Below are positions 50,201 to 63,109 of a stretch of DNA of 64,000 nucleotides, in pieces. Source of the stretch: Selaginella moellendorffii (Eukaryota; Plantae; Lycopodiophyta); NCBI RefSeq assembly GCF_000143415.4, contig NW_003314422.1:63956-127955 (forward strand). The letters are read 5' to 3'. Each line of letters opens with the position of its first letter. Position 1 is the stretch's first letter. The position numbers were made by a program, and so were the translations under genes. The notes under the pieces are model-generated. The model ran no database searches. It saw nothing but the letters and a program-made list of their open reading frames with translations, and was not told where the DNA came from.

Positions 50201-51418
50201 TGTAAGGAACCAACTCGCCGAGGTGTCGTAGGCTAAAGGAACCCCGAAAGCATGACCAAAATGACAAAGAGTTCATCGGATGGGACCAAGTCGAAGATCG
50301 AGTCCAAGACCGACTCTAGGACCGAGTTCGAGATAGAGTCCGGAATCGAGTCCGAGACCGACTCGGGGACCGAGTTCGAGTCCGAGTTCGAGACCGAGTT
50401 CGAGACGGAGTCCGAGATCCGAAATCGGGTCCGAGGTCGAGTCCGAGGTCGAGTCCGAGGTCGGGTCCGAGATCGGGTCCGAGATCGAGTCCGTGATCGA
50501 GTCCGAACCCGAATCCGAAGTCGGATCCGAAATCGGGTCCAAGATCGAGCCAGAGACTAAGTCCAAATACTAATACGGGTCAAGGGGTGAAAGCCCAAAG
50601 CGTGCGTCTCCCAGGGGGGGGGGGGGGGGGGGCCTTCCGGGGGTTCCCAAAGTCACTCGGGGGTTAGGTAGGGCCTCCGGCCCGGTTTTGAAGGGACTCT
50701 CCAGTTGGGCTTCCAAACCGACTTGAGGTTGAGACTGGGACCGAGGGGCCTTGGGTGGGAGTGAGCATGGACTTGGCTGGTGCCGGAGGGGCCATCCAAG
50801 GAAGTGCTCAAGAACAGCTCCCACTCCCAAAAGGGAAACCGATTGCGGTGCTCCCGGCTCATGTGGAGTGGTGCCCCACTTGAGTACCATGCGGCTCATT
50901 GGTCCTCGCCCTTCCTAGGGGCTTGGGCCTTCCTTCGGGATGGAAGTGGGGGGCGAGAGGTACCCATACCGGGCCGCTAGGCCACGGTGTTTCGCCCCGG
51001 CGTCCCGAAGCAAGTGTTGCACTCAAGACTTGGGATTTAGAGGGTCCCATGATCAAGTCTTGTGGTACCAAAGGATGTTAGGAACCTGGAAGCTTGGTGT
51101 GCTTGGCTGCTTGTGCTTGCGGGGAGTGTAGCCGAACCTTAAGTCCAGTCTAACCCGGGGAGGGGGATTGGGAGTGATTTGGGAATCCGTGGATGGAAGG
51201 CTAACACTCCGTTGCTCGTGCAGTGAGTAGCTGAGACCAAGTAGGAGCTGGTACCATAGGCGAGAACCTTGGCAAGGGAACTTAGCAAAAGCCAAGGCGG
51301 TGTTGGACGGATAGACGAGGTAAGCTGGCAAATTGGAAAGGAAAAATTTGTGGTTTACAATTTCGTATCAGAGCCTTTATCTCAGTTCTAGCGAAGGATA
51401 GAGGCGGATTGCTAGGAG

Positions 51419-54400
51419 ATGGCAAGGGCAGGACGTAAGCGAACCCAAGCGGAGACGGAACCTCCGCCGGAGCTGGAGCCTCCGGTCGAACAAGAGGCTA
51501 TGGATGAGGAATCCTTGCATGAGGAGGACTCTAGTGAGGAAACTTCCAAACAGGAGTCCGGTGGCGAGGTTCGGTCGTCCAAGGCTCGATTGGACGTGCT
51601 AGAAGGACAGTTGGCACAGACCAATACCCTGCTGGAAACTCTCGTACGCAAGCTAAAGCGTGACGAGAGGCAGAAGAAAAAGAAAAAGACTGCGGATGCT
51701 AGCAGCGCAGAAGGTGCGGATCTTTCGGCCGGGACTGAGGCAAAACCAGACAAGGTCGAACAGACTGAAGTAGAATCAGTCCCTCAGGCAGTTCCCAAGT
51801 ACAAACCAAAGTCCCCACCGGTCTTCAAGGGAGTGAACGACTATAAGGTGGTGGAGGATTGGTTTTACGATATGGAGGACTACTTCCGAGCGTTGCGGTT
51901 ACCGAGCTCGGAGAAGGTCCCATGTGCAAAACCATACTTGGCAGATAATGCCAAGTCTTGGTGGAGAACGACGGAGGCCAACGAAGGACCAGTGGCCACT
52001 TGGGACATGATGAAGGCGAGGATCCGCGCAACATATGTTCCTCCGAATGCCACTCTGCATCTGAGAGATGAGCTGAGTAGGCTGAAGCAGACTGGAACCA
52101 TCCAGGAATATGTGAATGGGTTCATGGCAAAGAGGATACTTGTCATGGACATGGGGGATATGGATGTGTTCCATGCCTTCATATCAGGTTTGCAAACCTG
52201 GGCTCGCGGTGAGGTGATGCGGTGGAACCCGACCAACTACAAGGAAGCGTTGGATGCGGCCATCAAGGTGCATTTCAACGATAACCTGCGAAAGGGGAAC
52301 ACGACGGGGTCGGGATCCACGTTTAGCAAAGGGGCCAAACCAAGGGGAACATATAGCAGGGGGAAATTCAAGAAGAGTTTCTCTAAGAATGAGTCCTCGG
52401 GGTTCCGGAAAGGCAAATCCGGTGGCCAGCGAGCGAGTACGTGGGGGAGTCAAGCGAAAAAAGACAAACCCACGGATAAGAAGGTCAAGTCGTATAGTAG
52501 CGTGGGAAACAACGTATGCTACAACTGCGGCGAAGCGGGACACTTCTCGAGGGAATGTCCCTACCCGAAGAAGGCCAGAGCCAATATGGCCATCAAGTCG
52601 GGTGAAGTCCAAACTGAGGTATGTGATCCAGTCCCTAACTCAAAGTTACTCATTACACGAGCAACTTTGGTAGAGAGTCGTTCGCGACATCTACTAGCCC
52701 TCCAAGGGAAGTTCGAAGGTAGCTTTGTTAAGATCCTTATTGACACGGGTGCTTCGGATAATTTTGTGGCTGCAGACATAGTCCGGCAAGCCGGACTAAC
52801 GGTGCAGCGGCTAGGCGAACCAAGGACTATAGAGTTTGTTCAAGGTAGCCAAAGCACCGATGAGGTACTTCGACAAGCGAGAGTCGAAGTGGGGACATCG
52901 AAAGTGGACATGGATTTCACCGTCTTGGATATGGCGGGATTTGACGTGATCTTCGGAATGGATTGGTTTAATCGGTTTGTGGTAGCCCTGCATGGACAAG
53001 GTAGGAACCTTGTGGTATTGGCGAATGCCCAAGGAAGAAGATCTAGGGTGGAGGCCCAAGATCTAAAGGTAGGGCAAAGCAAGGCCAAAGAATCCTGCTT
53101 AAACCTGGTGTCCACGAGAGGACAACTCACTAAAGGAACTAAGGCAGCCTTTTTGTGCTTACTCTCGGTGAAGAGTGACAAAAAGACAAGAACGGAAGAA
53201 GTGCCTTTAGTGATCCAGGGAGTGTTGGACCAATTCCAGGATACCATGCCGGAGGAGCTATCGGCGGGGTTGCCCCCCGCACGACCGATAGAACATAAGA
53301 TTGAGCTGGTCGAGGGCGCTGAGGCGGTGGTTCGTCCACCCTATCATTTGAACGAAAAAGAACTCAAGGAGCTCAAGTGCCAACTAGAGGAGTTGGTGGA
53401 CAAAGGGTATGTTAGGTTGAGCAAGTCGCTGTATGGGGCGCCGGTATTATTTGTGAAAAAGAAAGATGGATCTATGCGCATGTGCATAGATTACCGGTTG
53501 CTCAACAAGTATACCAAGAAGAACAAGTACCCTTTGCCAAGGATTGAGGACCTGTTCGATAGGTTGGGAAAGGCAAAATACTTCTCGAGGATTGACCTAA
53601 GGTCAGGATACTACCAGATCAAGGTAGCTGAGGAAGATGTCGAGAAGACAACCTGTCGAACGAGGTATGGAAGCTTTGAGTTTCTGGTGATGCCCTTTGG
53701 GCTGTGCAATGCGCCGGCAACGTTTTCGGCGTTGATGAACCACATCTTTGTACCCTATCTGGATCACTTCGTGGTCGTCTATATTGACGACATCCTGATC
53801 TATAGCGAGACGCTAGAGGAGCATGCCGAACACTTGGCGAAGGTGTTTGAGAAACTAAGGGAACACAAACTGTATGCTAAAGAGAGCAAATGTGACTTTG
53901 CTCAACAAGAGGTAAAGTTTCTCGGGCATGTTGTGGGCCAGGACGGGCTCAAGGTGGACCCGGAGAAGGTCCAAGCGATCCAGGAATGGGAACGACCATC
54001 GAATGTACATGAGTTGAGGGCGTTCCTGGGGCTATGCAACTACTATCGAAAGTTTATCAGACACTATTCGAGAGTAGCCCTGCCCTTAACGGACCAAACA
54101 GGAAAAGGGAAGATGGTATGGACAGCAGAATGCGAGGCGGCATTCGTCCACCTCAAAGGGAAGTTGAGGAAGGCTCCGGTGTTGGCATTACCAGACTTTG
54201 GTAAGGACTTTGAGGTAGACACGGATGCTTCGGACTTTGCATTGGGCGCAGTTTTGAAGCAAGACAACCATCCAGTAGCGTTCTTCTCGAAGAAGCTGGA
54301 CAAGGCTCAACGGAAGTGGCCTGCCCACGAGAAGGAATTGTTTGCGGTGGTCAAGGCGCTCAAGGAGTGGCGACACTACCTTGGGAGACACTTCAAGGTT

Positions 54401-56191
54401 TACACGGACAATGTGGCAACGAAACACTTCTTGTCACAGCCCGACCTAAGGGGAAAACAAGGTCGGTGGGCCAATGCTTTGGCCGAGTTTGATTGCGAGA
54501 TCCTGTACAAGCCTGGGAAGAGCAACATCGTGGCAGATGCGCTAAGTCGAAAAGCGAGCTTGAAGTTGGCGATATCTAGCGCGACAACAACCTTTTGGGA
54601 CGATGTGCGGACCGCATACGAGAGTGATGGTCTAGCACAAGAAGTGTTGCTGAGGAATCTGGAGGCGCGGAAAGCTCACCAGAGAGGTGAGCTGCCAATG
54701 GAAGAGAAAACGGGCTATGCGGAACGCAACGGACTCATATATTACAAGCAAACGAGGGTGTATGTTCCAGAAGGGGAACTAAGGAAGGTAGCCTTGGAAG
54801 AGTGTCATGACGGACCTCTCGCGGGACACGGCGGAGTGCCCAAGACGATGGGCTTACTCAAAAGGAAGTATCACTGGCCAGATATGGCTAAGGACGTCCA
54901 AGACTATGTAAAGACATGTCCAACATGTCAGCAGGTCAAAGCCGTGACGAAGGCTAGTGGGGGCTTGTTGCAAAGCATCCCCATTCTAGATCATCCGTGG
55001 AAATGTCTCACGATGGACTTCATCACGGGACTACCCCCAAGCGAGGGGTTCGATGCGATATTCGTGGTGGTGGACCGATTTTCAAAAATGGCACATTTCA
55101 TACCCACCACGACGGATGTGGATGCGGAAGGTGTGGCGAAGCTGTTCTTCGAACAAGTGGTTCGAGTGCGGGGAAGGCCGGAAGAGATTATCTCAGATCG
55201 AGATAAGATCTTCACCAGTAGGTTCTGGAGGACACTCCTAGAACAGTATCGCACCAAGTTGAAATTCAGCACAGCCTATCACCCACAGACAGGTAATGGG
55301 TATTGAGTCAAGATTGATGGCACTAACACTTCTTGACAGACGGACAAACGGAAAGGGTGAATAGGCAGCTGGAGGATTATTTGCGATGCTATGTCTCGGG
55401 AGACCAGACCGACTGGGTAAGTCATTTGGGACTTGCGGAAATGTGTTATAACAACTCACCACATTCGAGCATCGGGGTGAGTCCATGGGAAGTCATCAAT
55501 GGGCGAGCTATTGAAGGTCCTGTGGAACTCGGCGTGGCCGAGTATCATGGAGAGTTACCCGCAGTGGAGGCATTCACGGCGGAAAGACTCAACATTTGGA
55601 ATCTAGTGAGGGATTCCTTGGAACGGGCTCAACAAAGGCAAACTAAGTACGCGAACCAAAAGCGTCGGGATGTGGAGTTCCAAGCTGGGGAGAAGGTGTG
55701 GCTGAACACCAAGAACCTCAGGCTACCAAGTGGGATCAGCCGGAAGTTGACCCAAAGGTAAAAATGCATATATTCCTGTAAATGAATTGATCTTGAGTTC
55801 CTTAAGCAGGTTCGCGGGGCCTTACGAGATTGAGGCTCGAATCGGTAAAGTGGCTTACCGTCTCCGACTTCCTCGAGAGATGGGGAAGATGCATCCCGTG
55901 TTCCACGTGAACTTACTCAAGCCGTATTTGGAGGATCCGCTTCGCAAGGACCAAGTAAGACCTTTACCTGAGGTTATCCAAGGGGAGGAGGAATATGAAG
56001 TCGAGGCCATCCTCAATGCGCGCAAGAGCAAGCGACAAGGACGCGAGGTGAGAGAGTTCCATGTGAAGTGGAAAGGATTTTCACACTACGAAGCAACATG
56101 GGAACCGGAGGAGAACCTAGCGAACGCGCGAGATCTAGTGGAGGAATTTCTGCATGGCAGAACTCTATGTACTTATGCAAAGTTCAATTAA
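51419..56191 (+). CDS. Gag-Pol polyprotein (gag, CCHC knuckle, protease, RT, RNase H, integrase, chromodomain); exons 51419-55292, 55340-55757, 55810-56191
   Basis: [41 protein letters not shown]...VKWKGF...TWEPEENL. Two GT-AG introns restore HPQT|DGQTER and KLTQR|FAGPY. Confidence 0.9.
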
Positions 56192-56281
56192 AAGTATCAA
56201 TTTGAGAAGTTGAGCAATGGCATATGTTGGGACCCGAAGGCGCGCCGAAGGTAAGCTAATTAGCATGGGTTAGCTAGATCG

Positions 56282-56420
56282 ACCAGGCGTAGGGAGCTAC
56301 GCCCGACTCCCTGCGGGGATGTCGAATCCGTAGACGTATTCTACGGAGGTTGGGTTCGAGTCCCAACCCCCTAGTAAAGCAAGGCTGGGTTCAAGTCCCG
56401 ACCCTATACTAGGGCGTGGT
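56282..56420 (+). other. Multi-hairpin, tRNA-like structured element in the chromovirus 3' UTR
   Basis: Consecutive stems at 56286-56303, 56304-56324, 56327-56347, 56348-56368, 56383-56403; two TTCRAGT T-loop-like loops. Confidence 0.6.
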
Positions 56421-56511
56421 GAGGTGAGGAGTATAGGGACACCTATATTCCGTTGTCATGGGCTTTTGGCCGGGGAGGCTAACTTAGGCACACCGCTAAG
56501 TGGGGGGATGC

Positions 56512-56611
56512 NNNNNNNNNNNNNNNNNNNNNNNNNNNNNNNNNNNNNNNNNNNNNNNNNNNNNNNNNNNNNNNNNNNNNNNNNNNNNNNNNNNNNNNNN
56601 NNNNNNNNNNN
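56512..56611. other. Assembly gap (100 N) adjoining a poly-G tract
   Basis: Run of N. Confidence 1.
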
Positions 56612-58596
56612 GGGGGGGGGGGGGGGGGGGGGCTGCAGGGGGTTCCAAAAGTATAGTAGGGATAGTGAGGTCCAGGAACCAGTTTTGAAGGGACTCTCCA
56701 GTTGGGCTTCCAAACCGACTTGAGGTTGAGACTGGGACCGAGGGGCCTTGGGTGGGAGTGAGCATGGACTTGGCTGGTGCCGGAGGGGCCATCCAAGGAA
56801 GTGCTCAAGAACAGCTCCCACTCCCAAAAGGGAAACCGATTGCGGTGCTCCCGGCTCATGTGGAGTGGTGCCCCACTTGAGTACCATGCGGCTCATTGGT
56901 CCTCGCCCTTCCTAAGGGCTTGGGCCTTCCTTCGGGATGGAAGTGGGGGGCGAGAGGTACCCATACCGGGCCGCTAGGCCACGGTGTTTCGCCCCGGCGT
57001 CCCGAAGCAAGTGTTGCACTCAAGACTTGGGATTTAGAGGGTCCCATGATCAAGTCTTGTGGTACCAAAGGATGTTAGGAACCTAGAAGCTTGATGTGCT
57101 TTGCTACTTGTGCTTGCGGGGAGTGTAGCCGAACCTTAAGTCCAGTCTAACCCGGGGAGGGGGATTGGGAGTGATTTGGGAATCCGTGGATGGAAGGCTA
57201 ACACTCCGTTGCTCGTGCAGTAAGTAGCTGAGACCAAGTAGGAGCTGGTACCATAGGCGAGAACCTTGGCAAGGGAACTTAGCAAAAGCCAAGGCGGTGT
57301 TGGACGGATAGACGAGGTAAGCTGGCAAATTGGAAAGGAAAAATTTGTGGCTTACACTATCTTTCTAGTCTGGAGGAGAATAACTAAAGGAAAAGTGTGA
57401 GGCCAAAACTAAGTAGTAAGGGGATAGAACCAAACCATAGAAATCGAAAAGCATAACCAAGGGTGGTTATCCCAGTTGGGAGTGGAGAATCAAGTGGGCG
57501 CTCAACCATGTTGTTACTAAGGGTGCAGACCATACTTGAGCTCACGAGTTGAGCTCAATTTTCAATTATAATTTAGTACAAACATTATAAACTTTAAAAT
57601 TTTGAGGTTATGGTGAACCTAATAATTTCATAACTCTCTATATATTATATAGATAAAAATGTTCTAAAGGACACTTCTTGTTCTAATAATTTAAATATTT
57701 ACTACATGCAATGATAGGGACGTTTGTTAGAACATAAAATAAAATGTTTGCAAAAAGAGTATTCTTGTCACTTCTTTAAATTTGTATTCTGTGCTTTCTG
57801 GCTAGTAAATGTCAAGTTTGTCAGAATTAAAAAATTATTAAATTTGAAATAAGATTCTATATAAAGCCATATAACCATTTGAAAGGAAAAAAAAACTATT
57901 GATGTAAGCTTATTGCATATAAAAGAAAGACTTGGTTCTTTCTAAAATGCATTTTTGAAGGGTTTGTCATAGCATACTGTCTAGAATTTAGAAATCTTCA
58001 TTCACACTCTTATTTGAAAAAAGGGAAATACACACAAATGTCTATGGGTTTTAGTGTTGGTAATTTTAACTCTTGCAATCTTTCTTCCCAGGATTCAAGG
58101 GCTAGGAGATGCAATAACTATCCCATTGCACAACATAATTAAACCATACAAGAGAATGAAAGAGAGGATTGTGAGGATAGTGATCATGAGTTGGAAATAA
58201 ATGCAATGACAAAGGGTGTAGCAAACTAGGTGAAAAAGAATGCCCTCTTACTGATTGAGTGCAATTCTGCCACTTTCAAGAAATGCCCTATATGTTTTCT
58301 AGCGTTTGGTGGAAACAATGGCAATTATCAGTATGATGGTATATATGCTCTCACGACACACTGCAAGATCACACACCTGAAAGACTACCATAAAATCTTT
58401 TTTAAAATGGTAAAGACAGAAATGGAGACACACGAGTACTATGGGCAGTATTGCAAAAAGAACACTTAGAAGCCTATAAAATAAAAAGTGAAATGAAAAA
58501 GCATATTTTTAATAATTATATAAAGTATAATAAGTTTTATTGATAGAGAATAAACATCGATAGTGTCGAAGAAATCTAGTTATCTCCAAAAGTTTT

Positions 58597-61500
58597 CTAC
58601 AACTCAGCAATAGTAAGGCTTGCTTGGTGTATATAAATATCCACTTTAGGATCCTGATGCAAGATGTTGATGAAGATGTAGTACATATGTTTGCAAGGAG
58701 CATATGCCTTCCTATGTTCCTCGCGCTTCATAAAGTTTGGACATGTGCAAAAAGGAAAGTCGTGAATGGCAATTATGTACTCTCCACCTTCTGTTTTGAC
58801 TATGTACTCCTTTGCAAGCGTAGTGATGTACATCGTGGAGAGAATCTCACACTCAAGTGTTTGAGCCAAGTTTATTTTACCTTGCTTCTGCTTGGAGACA
58901 TTACCAATAAATTTAACTGCCTTACCTTTTCGTGCTGGCCTCCTGTGCATCTCTGTAGGAATAGTCTTGGTTCTGTTACTCATGTCTCCAACTCTCCTCT
59001 CAAGATTGAAACCAGATTTCTCAGGGTTTTCAATCTCATCCGAGGTGAGCGCGACCTCTTTAAGTATTGCATCAGGTTTAGTCATTATAGTGTCTTCAAG
59101 CCGCATTGTATGGTTGGCATCGGTGTTGCAACAATATAGCCAGCACCATCTCGAAAATTCTACTTGCTTTCGTTCCCCATAGAAACATGGGGCTGGAACA
59201 AAAGAAAATTTGTCACCACGAATCCAGGCCCAACACTTGCCCCTCGGAAGCATCCCAACACACCTTACATTCGATTTTGCTAGCACGCGTCAGATTGCCC
59301 ATTGCTTTGGCTTCACGCTATGGTAAGCAATTTCAATTTGTTGCAATGCACTCTCTTCATCAGCCACTTGAGGTGGCTCAGTTCAAGAGTGATGTCTTGG
59401 AGCAAAATGGTACTCGACATCAGGCTTGTGAGAGCTTTTCGCTCCAAGGTTCGTACCAACATCTTCCCTAGCAAAGGAAAAACAACGCTTTGAGCAGACA
59501 ATCTTCATATCACCAATAGAACCTCAAAGAGTGTATTTCATAGATGTGCCACGAACCACTTCCTCAACTACAGTTGCCATTGTTTGAGCGGGTGGAGTTA
59601 ATTTTCTCTTCATCCTATCATGTAACATCTCAATAGAAGGCCCTGTTCCCATGTATCTTCCTTCCTCGAATGCCAGTGCTTTTGAAGATTGCTCTATAGC
59701 ACGTATCAAATCTGATAGACAGGCTTCGTATAGACTTATCTTCCCTTTCCCTGCCTCAGAGGAACGCCAACTCCAGTGCTTACTTATTGGAGAGATTCAC
59801 AGTTGGGGTGTATGTGAGGTCCTCAAGTGGTTGATCCTAATGGAAAAAGCAATATTAAAAAGTAATAAAAGGAGAAGAAAAAATAGAAACCAACCTAAAA
59901 AGAGTGATGTCCCCACTGAAACATCTTAACTTCCCACCACCTTAACCATGACTCAAGTTGTGGTAGGCAATTTACATATGTATGGCCATCTTCATGCCAC
60001 CATAGCCTTGGACTTCCTAGTGGTTATCTCATCACCCAGCACTTGGGTACAGCCTTCCTAGGCCAAACTAGCTCCATTGTTTGCACAGCTCCTTAAATAT
60101 TGGTTGAAACTCTAACTTGATAAAGTGGCAGTGCTGGTTTAGGCTTTGAGCCCAATGGAACTCACAAGTCCTCTCACAACCTTCCAATGGCTGACCATTC
60201 CCAAAAACTGCTTGGACACCATTCCAGTTTGCACTAGCCCTATCTGCCATGAAACCGCAAAAGTTTGCAAGCTTATCAGTCCACTTTAGGACAATATCGG
60301 AGAGGGACTTCCAAAATATTTCCTGTGCTGTCTGGTCTTGTACTTTAAACTCTGCTGTCGCAATTGTTAAGTTACAACGTAGCCTATGAAAACACAAATA
60401 TTACAAAAATTTCAATATAATGAGAATAAAAATTACCTTGGATCATACACATGAGCTCCCATGGTTGTCCAACCGGATACACGCTCCATATGGTCAAAAT
60501 GTACCCATGCATTTGCAAAGTCATTGGAAACATTCATATGTCTATTTAGGAAACAAGATCTACACTAGAGGCAGGGTTCATGGTAAATATTTTGAAGATG
60601 AAGGGGCGCTCTTGTTCATTCACAACTTGGTCTGGAAAGAAATTTCCGTGGATGAACTCATATGGACAAGTCTGTTTCAATTCAAGGATGGAGTTAATTT
60701 TTTATTGTAACTTCCCCTCTCGAGATTCACACATCCAAGATTTTGTCCTAAACAATATAATGTAAGAAAAAATTATTATTATAACGTATGAAATATAACA
60801 GATGTACCTCCTTAGGCTAATAGTAGGTTGTACTCCTTGTAGTAAGTCCCGGAAGCTAGCCTCGTTTAGTTGAGTCTTTTGGCAACCTGGATTGAGTAAA
60901 GTGTTTGCAATAAAATCCTTGAGGACAGTCTTCTGAACATGCTTTGGAGTTATAGATGAGTTTCTCATAATCTCTTCCTGCACAGCATCTTTGAAACGGT
61001 TAAGAGAACTCCTTTGTATCCCTTCCTACATTGGATGCATGTGTGTGCCAACATGCACTACAGCTCTTCCAGCCACTCCATCATGTGGAAGAAAGTAGTA
61101 CATATTAGCCTCGCAAATAGCACGACATAGAGGAGCATTTTTGCAGAATCAACATTTGAATCCAACATCAATGGTGTCACAGGCTGGAGGATTGACTGTA
61201 GACCCTTCAAAAAATATAGAGTTTTTACAACAGTCTCGATTGCATGCTTCATCCACACAATCTAAATGCCCGCCACAATGAATTATAGACATTGTGCCTT
61301 CAAAATGTTGGAAGTGTGTAGTCTTAATCTTGCACCAATTGTGGACATCCTGCTTAGTTTCCATCCCCTTTCGTTTGGAATATGCTATTGACAAGAGGTG
61401 GTAGCTCGAAGAAAATGTTGCTGTTGTAGGAGGATGGAAACTCACTCATAAGCCTATACAAAAACAAGTGCACATCGATTGAGAGGCATGAAAACTGTAA

Positions 61501-61800
61501 AGCATTGCTTACGGCTTTGAATATTGCTAAAGTTGGAGTTGAAGCTGGAGCTGGAGCTGGTGAATTTGGCATCGACACTAGCATGACTTCTCCACTTGAA
61601 CTAGAAAAGGATGAAAGGATAACGATTAACTCTTACTTCACATTCACTTTGGCTGGAGTGCATTTTGACATTTTAACTGGAGATCCAAACACTCGAATCT
61701 CCTTTGACTTGGAATTCTGTAAATCCCATTATTGTCCACCCTCGCCCACACCAAAAAGAAGAAACTCTGAGTATGCAACTATACCAGTGTTGTTGCGAAT
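58597..61800 (-). pseudogene. Mutator-like (MULE) transposase remnant with SWIM zinc finger
   Basis: GFMADRASANWNGVQAVF...CEFHW (MULE domain) and CTCPNF...CKHMYY (SWIM); fragmented. Boundaries approximate. Confidence 0.8.
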
Positions 61801-62747
61801 CACAGCCTCTAAAGAAATAGAGCCAAGACGAAGATTAAAATGCTGACGTAAAAAACTTTCATAAACAATACTCTGAGAGAATGAAAGAGGTGGGTGATCT
61901 TGAAAATGAAGAAGAAACCTCTCCATCCTTCTCAATAAGTTTTGGAGTTCTCTCTTTTTATGTTACTTGTAAAAATCCATAGTGAAACATAATTAAAATT
62001 TAAATAGAGTAATAAGAAGACAAAGTACAAAATGAATTTAAATTCTATAGCAAATTTAACATATTCAAGTGTGACAATATTAATATTACTATCATCTATT
62101 ATGATGTTTGATGCATGTATACACATAGATCCAAGGAAGGATTTTCAGCACGTGAAGTTTGATAGTTAATAACGATACCAATAATGACATTCTGCTATAG
62201 CGTGTCAAAAAAAGAGATCTAATCTGACTGTCTGTATGTGTGATATGTCAAGTTGTCAAATTTTAAGTGGTAGATGATAATAAATCTCGTCAAATCCTAT
62301 TCTTCACTGACAAATTTGATTCGTAGTACAACTCAAGTTTATCCCCCCCCACGAACACTGCTCAATGACATTAAAAGCATGTGCCTATGTTTTAGGATCT
62401 AATACAACAGGAAATAAATTTCTGGATGAGGATTCATCCATTCATAGATGGATATAGTACAACATATTTTAACATGCCTTATTTATACTCTTTAAAGTTC
62501 TTGTAAAGATTCCAAAATATGTACAAAATATTGATGAGAATGCATCCTTTCTAGATAATTTGTAAAATATAATATCATATCTCTAATAACAGAAATGTTG
62601 ATAGATGCTAGTTATATCATCATTAAAATATACAAAATAAAGAAGCATAATTTACTTATAATAATAATGATAAGATAAAATAAGTTCAAAGATATTGTGA
62701 TGGTTGAGATTTAGGTTATTCGGAATGAACAGCCAGGATGAGAGATT

Positions 62748-63010
62748 GGTTAGGGTTAGGGTTAGGGCAGCTGTCAGGATTAGGGTTAGGGTAGCTGCCA
62801 AGATTAGGTTATTTTTCGCACCATTAGTGGAGCGTGTGAGAGATCGAGAGATTGAGTGCAAAGGAGATTGAAGGATTGAGCACAAAGAAGATCGAGGGAT
62901 TGAGCATGAAGGAGAGATTGAGCGCGTGAGCTGGAGAGATTGAGTGCACGAGCAGGAGAGATCGAGCACGCGAGCGGGAGAGATTGAGTGCACAAGAAAT
63001 CTAGCACGAT
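62748..63010. repeat. Short (TTAGGG)n tracts followed by degenerate ~20-bp GAGATYGAG repeats
   Basis: GGTTAGGGTTAGGGTTAGGG at ~62748 and TTAGGGTTAGGG at ~62780; repeated GAGAGATTGAGTGCA. Confidence 0.7.
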
Positions 63011-63109
63011 CAAGAAATTGGGAAGGAAAGATGCTATCAAGGGTGAGTTTCAATTTGATTGCTTCCACTTCCATTTTTTTCTTTTTGCTTCTTTCTTGAT
63101 TGCTTCTTT

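Larger units (their letters stand above)
50201..57356 (+). mobile_element. Young Ty3/gypsy chromovirus; 5' LTR 50201-51359, 3' LTR from the N-gap to 57356; TSD CTATC
   Basis: TG..CA ends; CTATC at 50196-50200 and 57357-57361; near-identical LTR 3' halves; PBS variant TCGTATCAGAGC at 51363-51374; purine tract at ~56498-56508. Confidence 0.95.

Noticed and set aside
55293-55809. Sequencing frameshifts explaining the broken integrase
   Set aside because: The breaks are 47- and 52-nt AT-rich inserts with exact GT/AG ends (the first with a CTAAC branch site), not single-base errors.
56340-56405. Bona fide tRNA gene
   Set aside because: Only T-arm-like hairpins; no correctly spaced D-arm, anticodon arm and acceptor stem.
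58230-58469. C2H2-like zinc-finger ORF (CPIC...H...H)
   Set aside because: Short, no clear start, in decayed TE context; insufficient support.
62748-62792. True telomere
   Set aside because: Only about five interrupted interstitial TTAGGG units.
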